In this document: in pieces, positions 34,454-44,677 of the stretch
Layout: every line of letters starts with the position of its first letter
Numbering within the stretch: position 1 is the stretch's first letter
Assembly: GCF_006345805.1 (NCBI RefSeq)
Contig: NW_021834871.1
Coordinates: 1-44,677, forward strand
Length of the DNA: 44,677 nt
Origin: Octopus sinensis
Taxonomy: Eukaryota
Reading direction: 5' to 3'
Position numbers and translations under genes: made by a program
The notes under the pieces: generated by a model
What the model was told of the DNA's origin: nothing
The model's database searches: none
The model's input: the letters and a program-made list of their open reading frames with translations, nothing else

Positions 34454-35873
34454 GGTGGTGGTGGTGGTGGTGGTGGTATGATACGGTGTTCCTCAAAGTA
34501 ATACTGTGGCCGTTAGGGCAAACACCAGCATCTGTCCTTAAGCGATAAGGAGTATTAAAATAACACTCGACCGTGTCTCCTTCTTTTATGAGCTCTATGA
34601 GTCGCCAGTATGAATCATGAGTCACCAGTGCTTGACTCGTTATTTTCTCCACAATGATTCAACATTATGCCTATTCAAAACCCTAACTTGGCCTCGTTGC
34701 TCCTTCACACAACCATATCTACTGGCAAGCAACAAGAAACAGAACTACCAATTTACTAAAGATGTAAATATCATTATCATTTCGATCCTCTCCTCTCAGA
34801 CCTTTCCTTCCCATTCACTTCTGCCTTGTTTCTGTTTTGCTTTGAATTGTTTTTCCATTTTTTTTCTGCTGGATTTGGACCAAAGCTCTTGCCAGCACAT
34901 ACAATTATATTCACATCATACCCACCTCATTATGAAAGATTTACTTGTCATGGTAAATTGGTATACTGAATTATCGCCGAAGCCACAGTTGAGTTTGAAC
35001 CGCGTTCATTCTGATACACAGTTTGGAATCCCATCTCAAACGATTTACCTTTCGTCAACGATAGTCGGATGAGTGCAAAATTTGTTCTTTGTGCTGTCAT
35101 GGTTATGTGAATATGAACAGTTTATGGATACAGTGGTGGCCATGACAGCAAGCATGGTTATTGGTAGAGTTGTGGTTATGTAATTAAAGAGTTCACTTTA
35201 CAACTAAATGACTTCGGGTTCAATTCCATAATGCATCACCTTGTGCATGTCTTCTGTCGTATCCTCAGCTTGAAAAAAACCTTGGAAGTTACATTGGTTG
35301 CCGGAAACAGTGCGGAAACAGTGTGGAAACCCAGAAATATATCTGCTTTTCGTCTTGTATGCTCAATATAATCCGTCACCCGTTTTACCGAGGATGTTGA
35401 GTGAGACCAGTCTGTGGTAAGTAAACCTGGATTAAGACCATGATTTCAGAAGAACTTTCTCCTATCTTTCCAGAAATCTTTGAAAAAGACCTTTGATTCT
35501 GCCTTTCTTCCATAGAAGAATTGTCTTTTACGAATGACACCAATACTGATAAACATTGTGGACCTAAATACAGAACGTGGAAATATGAGATTCTAAATCA
35601 ACAGCTTTGGAAATAGTTTCCTGAACATTGACACAATATACACCGATTCCAACCATCTGTCTTCCACAAGAGTGCATGCTGCATTCCAGTATTTTCTATC
35701 TCGCTGCACTATAGCGAGTTTTTTTTTTTTTTTTGCTTTAGTGTTTAATGGAAGGCATAATTAGAATTTGCTTTTATTTATGTTTTATTTTTCAAGCTAT
35801 GGAGTCAGTCTACGAAACTATCATTACATCATCATCATCATCACCATTATTGTTGTTGATATTATTATTATTA

Positions 35874-35925
<52 letters not shown>

Positions 35926-36162
35926 GATACTTCCATCTGACAAGTCCATGCAATTGATAAAATTCTATGGTTTTTGTTTTTTGTCTTGCAATATTGGCTG
36001 AAATAGCACGAAATATGTTGCTGACATTTGAGAAATATGTATGCGTGCGTGTACAGATGTATACGTGTAAGCATGCATGCATGTATAGATGTATGTATCT
36101 AAGTATGTATAGACACACATACGTGCAAAATCATACATATGTGTGTATACATGCATGCATGT

Positions 36163-36269
<107 letters not shown>

Positions 36270-36283
36270 CGTATGTATGTAAG

Positions 36284-36317
<34 letters not shown>

Positions 36318-36484
36318 TGTATATATATATATACACATTTAGCTATGAATGCATGTTTGAATGTAAATACATTTGTACGTGTCTGTGCTTGTCGGCAATA
36401 CTCTATCAGTGTATTCTTCACACACATGTATATATATATATATGTATACATTTATATATATATATATTTCTATATGTATGTATG

Positions 36485-36517
<33 letters not shown>

Positions 36518-37426
36518 GTATGTATATATACATTTACATAAGTATTCCTTATATCAAAATGCATCTACAATAGTAAAACTACCGTACATAGCCAGTAAAT
36601 GAATATACATACACGCATGTTTTTGCGTATAGATATATATATATATGTCTGCATATATATACATATATATATTATGTTTATATATATGCATATATTTATA
36701 TACATACATGCATATCTATATGTGTGCGCGTGTTTCTCTGTTTGTGTGTATGTGTGTGTTTCTCTGTGCGTGTGCGTATGTGCAATACGTGAGCATGTGT
36801 GCATGAAAATACGCGAATGACCTTTTTGCAAAGAGTTATTTTCAAATAAACCAGATGCCGGAAACAAATAGCGAAGCAGCTGTTGTATTCTGGGAACTCG
36901 CTATCTTTATATCCAGGCTGACATTTCAGATAAGCGAAGCTGTTCGTGTCAATGTTATCCTGCCAGCCATGAAGAAGGACCCTCGGTGTAATAAATAAAT
37001 TAACCCACAGACATTACACAACTATTTTCAATGTAAACAGTGAAGAATAAATACGTGGCAAGTATCTTTTATTCATTCGTAAGCCTTTCTTATCAATAAA
37101 ATATATTAAGTGAATTCAAATGATCTCTATTAATTATGGTTTATTTGCGGAGATAAGCCGCAGGTAAGATGTCGGAAAATGGCATCGAAAAGTTACTTTA
37201 TTTCTGTTTAAAACTAATATATTACTGTTATATTACTTAGGTGTTAATGTAGCGCAATCGTGTTCCATTTTCCCATTGTTAGAAAGTGTTGGCTCTGTAT
37301 CTAAGTAAGAAATCATTTGTTATGTCTTCAATTCCTCTCCATCCACGTCCACCACCCGGCATTTTGTTGAATGAGTCACGGATGGACGCTAATATTATCC
37401 ACAACTCGTTTCCTACTGAAATATAT

Positions 37427-37475
<49 letters not shown>

Positions 37476-37487
37476 TGTGTGTACGTA

Positions 37488-37626
<139 letters not shown>

Positions 37627-37967
37627 CTATAATAGAATAAAACGTTATTCTTCTAGCCTTATTTTTCCATTGTTAGAATCTATGCAACCAACTCTTCTAG
37701 AAACTGGACGAATATTTTCATTTGATTCAACATTCTATGACTGCATCCCTCCGAACCATGTTCCCGGCCACGTTTACATTTTCACAGCAGACCTCTCAAC
37801 AGCCTTGTTTGGACGGAGAATTTAATTCCTTATGACTGTTCCTCTGCTTGCTCTAGTGCTGCCGAATATCACCGATTTGATAAACATTACAAAGAACACT
37901 TAGAAATCAGAGGACAACAACAACAAACGAGTGAGATAGTAAGACATAAAGAGAGAGATATGTAATA

Positions 37968-38337
37968 CTCTTTACTCTTTTATTTGTTTCAGTCATTTGA
38001 CTGTGGCCATGCTGGAGCAGCGCCTTTAGTCGAGCGAATCGACCCCAGGACTTATTCTTTGTAAGCCTAGTACTTATTCTATCGGTCTCTTTTGCCAAGC
38101 CACTAAGCGATGTTGGGGGGGGGCAAACACAGACACAAAAAGATATACACATACATACATATATATATATACAAATATACTACGGGCTTTTTCTCAGTTT
38201 CCGTCTACCAAATCCACTTACAAGGCTTTGGTCGGCCCGAGGCTATAGTAGAAGACACTAACCCAAGGTGCCACGCAGTGGGACTGAACCTGGAACCATG
38301 TGGTTCGTAAGCGAGCTACTTACCACACAGCCACTCC
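37968..38337 (-). mobile_element. SINE family A, near full length
   Basis: Highly similar to 1231-1634. Confidence 0.9.
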
Positions 38338-38977
38338 TACGCCTATACATTTCAATACAAAATATTACATTCCTACAACTGGGAACAGAAAATGGCAAGC
38401 ACGCTTAGGGCTTACGCAACAGAAAATAAAAAAGATCTGGTCTCATTTAAAAGGTAAAGGAAGAACAAGAATTTAAGAATATAAGGTTTGAATAAAGTTT
38501 GCGATAGAAAAGACAGAATGACAGGAAACAATGGTGGGATGGAACCAGTTGCTAAATCAGCCGCTGGGTACAGGGGTAAAATTAGAAGAAATATAAGAAA
38601 CGGAGAGAAAGAACGATAGAGAGGAAGAGTTGGTGTCAATGAGAGCTGGTAAAATAAGAGAAGACAGGAAAAGATAAGGTGGGATCAAAGAAAGATTTAG
38701 AAGCAGTAAGAACAAAAGGGCAAGATACTGAGAGGGAAAGTATTTGCGATAAAATTGTCAGAGAGTGGGAGGTAAACCGTATAAAGATTAGCAATAATAG
38801 GATGTTGTGTGGGGTAGAAATGTAGTAGGGAAAATCAAAGTGAGATATGGAAACGATTAGGAGAGAAGGAACACTAAGCGTAACATATCTCTCGTCAGCT
38901 ATGAGGCCAAGATTAATGTAGTTTTGCTACGTTTAAACACAGAAGACTCTAACTCGTTGGGACTACGCACCTACACA

Positions 38978-39065
<88 letters not shown>

Positions 39066-39206
39066 TTTTCCGTCGATCTAATCCACTCACAAGGCTTAGG
39101 TCGGCTCGGAGCTATAGAAGAAGACTCTTGCCTAAGGTACTACGCTATGTGCAATACATATGTATGTATGTATATATGTATATATATATCGCTAAATCCG
39201 CAAGTG

Positions 39207-39254
<48 letters not shown>

Positions 39255-39259
<5 letters not shown>

Positions 39260-39400
39260 TCTCTATTTCCTTGTGTCCGTTTCCGTTGAAGAGCGTAGAC
39301 TCGAAATGTAAAAGACTTTCTCACTCCCCGAGTGTCAAACTAATACACATGCATGTTGATTATACACCTGTCTTCGTCTTTTTTTTTCAGTAAATTTCAA
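39255..39400 (+). mobile_element. Hammerhead element copy, degenerate core
   Basis: CCGTTGA A GAGCGTAGACTC GAAA TGT A AAAG at 39283-39314; the downstream part is the reverse complement of the family's other copies. Confidence 0.6.
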
Positions 39401-39482
39401 CTATATATACATACAACATACATACATACATACATACATATATTTAATATATATATAATATATATATATATATAAATATATC

Positions 39483-39514
<32 letters not shown>

Positions 39515-40047
39515 ATATATAATTCATACATGCATCTACATACATACATGATGCATACATAAATGTTCATTTTGGGGTTAGTTTTAATGGAATTTTGACG
39601 ATAACCGCAAAGCATTCACAGATGGCTGAACTCCAAACTAAATATAGACATTTCCTATGAAATCTCATTTTGACCGAGATTTCAAGTTCCACCTCATGTC
39701 GCGCTGAAAAAGCCGTTCGGTACAAAGGCTATAAGATAGATATATATATGAACTACGGTGCGTGTAAGTGGAGGCGAGGTGACGTTATCGCTTCGCAAAT
39801 AGATACATGTAAACAAGAAGGAAAAGAAAAATGCACACGGACAAATATATACAGAAATAACGAGTAAGGTCAATTGTCAGGTTGACCGACGCATTAAAGG
39901 TACACAAATCGATCAGTCCAGAGACAAGGAGACAGGCAGAGCGCTGGGCTCTCGCATATGTGTGTGTATGTGCATGAATATACATACATACAAATATATA
40001 TACAGGCATATATGCACTATATATATATACGTATGTATATATATATA

Positions 40048-40399
40048 CTAGCAGTATCGCCCGGCGTTGCTCGGGTTTGTTTCGACCTGCTGGAATTGGA
40101 ATTTTTGAAAAGTAAAAATTTTGCATTATGTAGCTTGTTATTCTCTTCAAGTGAACATTTTTCTGGTTAAAGTACACCGAAAAGTGGCGACACAGCAGTG
40201 AAAAAATCGTAAAAATTAGGGATTTTCATAGAAAAAAGCACCTTTTTGATGTAAATAATTTTTGGTGTTAACATGGTCCGATTATATCATACTCTCAATT
40301 TTGGTAAACTTGCGCCGCATGGTCTCGGAGGAGATAGTGTTAGTTGAAGGCTACCAAACCTGCCGCACACAGACAACTTCAGCTTTATATAGAGAGAGA
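40048..40399 (-). mobile_element. Non-autonomous Helitron
   Basis: Minus strand A|TCTCTCTCTATATAAAGC... and 3' hairpin CCCG(A)GC-AAC-GCCGGG followed by GATACTG CTAG|T; inserted between A and T with no TSD. Confidence 0.85.
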
Positions 40400-40507
40400 T
40401 AACACACACACATTAATACACATACATACACACACACATGTATGGATGTATGTATGTATATATGTACATCTGTCCACTTCTTGCCATATTTTTATCGTTC
40501 ACTTCCT

Positions 40508-40538
<31 letters not shown>

Positions 40539-40944
40539 TGCAAACATACACACACCTTCTTAGCTTACAATTTATTTATTTCATCAATTGACAACTGAAG
40601 TACGCTCGCCAATGAATACTACAAAAAAGTAGCGACAGATCTGTTTCCTGTTTTTGAGGATTGGTTTAAGTATTAATAAGAGAAAGTAGCAGAATGTGTG
40701 TGGTAATAGCAGGAGTGAAGCATTTGAAATGAGAGAGGCAAATAGTAAAATATTGAGTTTTCTCGAATTTTTGCTTAATTGGGGGTGAAATTGAAAAAAA
40801 TATATATGCCATGACCCAGTGGAATCTACTTCGAAAAATCATAGGTAAATTCCAATTGAAGAAATTCTATATTGTACAATTGTATAAAAAACGAACTATT
40901 TGGGAGGCAGAGAAAATCTGCCTTTTATCATAAGATAAGAGATA

Positions 40945-40984
<40 letters not shown>

Positions 40985-41239
40985 TATATATTATGCATAT
41001 ATAAACCATATATGTATGTATCATATATATATATAATATATATATGCATGTGTGTGCGTATGTAGCAAAGCTAAAGGCCTGCTGAAACTACTTAACGAGT
41101 TAAAAAGTTTATACATGTCTATGTATCGGTATAAATAATGTGCATTTACATTATGTACATAGATATAGGCACACGTACAAATACAGACATGCGCTTATAC
41201 ATACATGTACGTTTATAGATATATAGATACATACATATA

Positions 41240-41291
<52 letters not shown>

Positions 41292-42010
41292 ATATTACAA
41301 ACGACACATACATATATGTATTTATGTTTGTTTGTATGAATATATATATTATATATATATATTATATATATATGTATTATATATATATATATACTATATA
41401 TATATATATATATACATATATATAGATATAGAGAGAGAGAGAGAGAGAGAGGAATTATCCACTGTTGCTGCTGCGTATCTGAGAATATCTACACAAGATA
41501 TAATGATTCATGCGATTCCCTTTGGTATTTCGATGTGAGGCAGATTAGAAGCGAAGGGGGTCAATCTATAAACGATGATTGATAGAAAACAGTCCATTGA
41601 GGAATGGTCGAAAATAGGCCACTTCCCTTACACTTTCTTTTTTTATGTTTTAATTCAATAACAGTAGCTGATTCAAGGGATGTTTGTCAAAGTCATCTAC
41701 AATTATTATAGAAATAATGGAAAACATTTACATCGTCACCATCATTATCATCAGCAGCATTATCATTATTATATCATAATTATTATTATTATTATCATTA
41801 TTATTATTATTATTATTATGTATTATTATTATTATTATTATTATCATCATTATTATTATTATTATTTTATTATTATTTTATATTATTAGTATTATTATTA
41901 TTATTATTATATTATTATTATTATCATTATTATTATCATTATTATTATTATTATCATTATTATTATTATTATTATTACTGTTATTATTATTATTATTATT
42001 ATTATTATCA

Positions 42011-42045
<35 letters not shown>

Positions 42046-42067
42046 GTTTATTTTAATATTATTATTA

Positions 42068-42445
42068 AGGAGGCGAGCTGGCAAATCGATAGTAGCTGGG
42101 TAAAATGCTTAGCGACAATGCGTCCGTCTTCACGCTCTGAGTTCAAATTCCGCCGAGGTCCACTTTGCCTTTCATTCCTTCCAAGTCGTTGAAATAAGTA
42201 GTAGTTGAGCACTGATGGACTGTACCCTTCTCCTAAAATTTCAGGCCTTGAGCCTATAGTAGAAAGGGTTATCAAGGCGGTGAGCTGGCAGAATCGATTG
42301 CACGAGGGACAAAATACTTTCTGAGTTCAAATTCCCCCTTGGTCGACTTTACTTTTTCAATAAGTAGCAGCCGAACACTGGGGAGGGGCGATGTAATCGA
42401 CTTTCCCCTTCTCCCAAAATTTCAGTCGTTCTGTCTATAATAGAT
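42068..42445 (+). mobile_element. Two head-to-tail SINE family B copies after an (ATT)n block
   Basis: aggcgagctggcaaatcg at ~42070 and aaggcggtgagctggcagaatcg at ~42275, each with gagttcaaattcc. Confidence 0.85.
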
Positions 42446-42815
42446 TTCTTTATTGGCCGCGCAGGGCTGAACACAGAAGGGACAAAATACAAAGTAGCGC
42501 TTTTCTTTTGGGGAAGAAAAGAAGGAAAAAGGAAAAATATAGGGTCAGATTTCCGGTCAAATGCCGGTAACAGCGCCTTTGCCTTGCATCTTTTCCGGTA
42601 TATTAAGTATTAAGTTTGACTGGGAAGCTGAAAGTTGCAAACTTCAGGACTCTAGCCGTTATATTGGACAACTCACACATAGGCTGTCTACACTCTAGCA
42701 ACAGATCTATGTACACATGAAGACATATACTTTTACACATCGCTTTTATTCGATGTTAGCTATATATATATATATATTTCTAAACTTTGTCTTCTCATTC
42801 TATCCTTTATGCATG

Positions 42816-42850
<35 letters not shown>

Positions 42851-42862
42851 AATATATAATAT

Positions 42863-42899
<37 letters not shown>

Positions 42900-42904
42900 G
42901 CACC

Positions 42905-43204
42905 CTTTTCAAGCCTAGCCAGGCTCATGGGCCGGTTTCCGGTTCTATAACGTATGTGCCCCCCTCCCCCCAGCTGGATGGTCGTCAGTCCATCGCAGCG
43001 TTACTCAAGAAACAGAAAGAAAGAGTGAGAGAAAGTTGGAGCGAAAGAGTACAACAGGGGTTGCCACCACCTCCTGCCGGAGCCTCGCGGAGCTTTTAGG
43101 TGTTTTCGCTCAATAAACACACACAACACCCGGTCTGGGAATCGAAACTGCAATCTTGCTACCGCGAGTTCGGTGCTCTAACCACTGGGCCATTGCGCCT
43201 CCAC
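42905..43204 (-). mobile_element. SINE family D
   Basis: Head gtggaggcgcaatggcccagtggttagagc; body homologous to 21090-21402. Confidence 0.85.
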
Positions 43205-43217
43205 AAATAAATGTGTC

Positions 43218-43457
43218 CTTTGAAAGCCTAGCCAGGCTCATGGGCCCGGTTTCCCGGTTTCAATGGCGTATGTTTTCCCCAGCTGGACGGGACGCCAGTC
43301 CATTGCAGCGTTACTCATTTTTGCCAGCTGAGTGGACTGGAGCAACGTGAAATGAAGTGTTTTGCTCAAGAACACAACGCATCACCCGGTCAGGGAATCG
43401 AAACCACAATCTTACGATCATGATGCTCATACCCTAAGCACTAAGCCACGCACCTAC
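43218..43457 (-). mobile_element. Hybrid SINE: family C head and CORE joined to the family D 3' tail
   Basis: 43313-43457 matches 19005-19145; 43224-43317 matches 42911-43007. Confidence 0.85.
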
Positions 43458-43462
43458 AAACA

Positions 43463-43501
<39 letters not shown>

Positions 43502-43618
43502 CACACACACACACACACACGTATATAAAGGAATACAAAAGATGGGACAAGACCGCAAAACGGGACATGATCATCATTATTATTATATTATATTATTATA
43601 TTATACTATAATTATATA

Positions 43619-43652
<34 letters not shown>

Positions 43653-44677
43653 CATGTGTATGTGGTGTGGTGTGTGTGTGTGTGTGTGTGTGTATTTATA
43701 TATTTGTATCCTTCTTTTCACTCATAAATACTATTTTGTGGCTTTTATTAACCCTTGGTTGGCCTTTACCTCTTTATCAGTATGTTCTAATAATTTATTT
43801 AACCTAAATATTTAGAACTTTTGCGCTGTCAGCTCTTTGCCTCCAACTATCTTTTTGACGATCCGCCGTAAAGGAATTTTATTGCTAGTCCTACCCACTT
43901 CACTTTCCCCTCTAATATTTTCTTTCCACTTAATGACTTCTGCAAACACACACTTTACTTCCTTTTAGGGCAACCTGGCCTCTAACTAACGCTTTCATTG
44001 GTCATTTGATTTGATTTTTTATTTTCTATTTTCTCTTTTTCCAACTGGCCATTCATGCTGAGGCTAGTTTGATAATTCATTTACTCATCTCCACGCGACA
44101 TTGTAAATAACGTAGACATAACAGGACCCGAAGATCAGCAAAGCTGGTTTTATGTATGTTACAATTTATGTAACAAATATTTCTTTGCTATGAAATGGTC
44201 GTAGTCCGTGTTTTAGCTATTCCTTTTTTTGGGGGTTTTTTTGTAATTTTTTATCGCATTCTTAGCACCTTTAGTTGCTAAACTCTGAGTTGTGAGGTGA
44301 CCGTCAGCTTATCGAAATTCTTATCAATTTTAAAATGGAATGAAATGTGTAACTTACGATATTAATAAACATGCTTTATCGTATACTGTCCAGATTTGGC
44401 CATCTGTACGAGCCACATAAAACTCGAAGCTTACGAAGTTCCCACACTCGGATTGAAGCCTTGGATCCTGGATTATACTTACCAATTGTGTGTGTGTGTG
44501 TGTGTTGTGTGTGTGTGTGTGCGGCGTGTATGTGTGCGTGTGTATCTGTGGGGGTGGGGGTGTTTGTGTGTGTGTGTAGTGTACTGTTCGGTGACGAACT
44601 ACAAAAATGTACTCCATCTGGTGAGAGGTATAAATATTATTTAAGAAATACAATATATATTTATATGTGCTACTATT

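Noticed and set aside
37675-37825. Plus-strand terminal exon candidate (ESMQPTLLETGRIFSFDSTFYDCIPP...)
   Set aside because: Good acceptor but no compatible upstream exon or homology recognised; within chance expectation.
38400-38900. Strongly purine-skewed block as an exon or TE ORF
   Set aside because: Multiple stops and no motif recognised; possibly an old TE remnant, but not supportable.

Overview
Eukaryotic, AT-rich, repeat-saturated DNA with very dense (TA)n, (TG)n, (TATG)n, (GATA/GACA)n and (ATT)n microsatellites. The tRNA-derived SINE families and the microsatellite load look like an octopus (coleoid cephalopod) genome; this rests on recall of octopus repeats, not on a search. Nearly all ORFs in the supplied track are microsatellite artefacts. 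Real protein homology is limited to decayed transposons: an R4/Dong-type RLE LINE in (TAA)n (3019-5620), a mariner (6638-8084) interrupted by an RTE 3' end, a CR1/L2-group LINE (19428-20820) and an RTE RT fragment (1-215). There is also a non-autonomous Helitron (40048-40399) and more than 20 SINE copies from about four families. A phase-compatible three-exon chain of an unidentified gene lies on the minus strand at 2363-2839, with weaker exon candidates elsewhere. The most interesting signal is RNA structure. A ~556-bp tandem array (27676-29646) carries one type I hammerhead-ribozyme-like motif per monomer (retrozyme/HHR-satellite-like, with imperfect stem II), just downstream of three long hairpins. 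A composite tRNA-headed SINE with a hammerhead-bearing, Penelope-like tail has an inverted terminal copy that starts at the predicted cleavage site (24569-25085). A second dispersed ~200-bp hammerhead element occurs in 4 copies. No rRNA, true tRNA gene or CRISPR array was found. All folds and alignments were done by eye.
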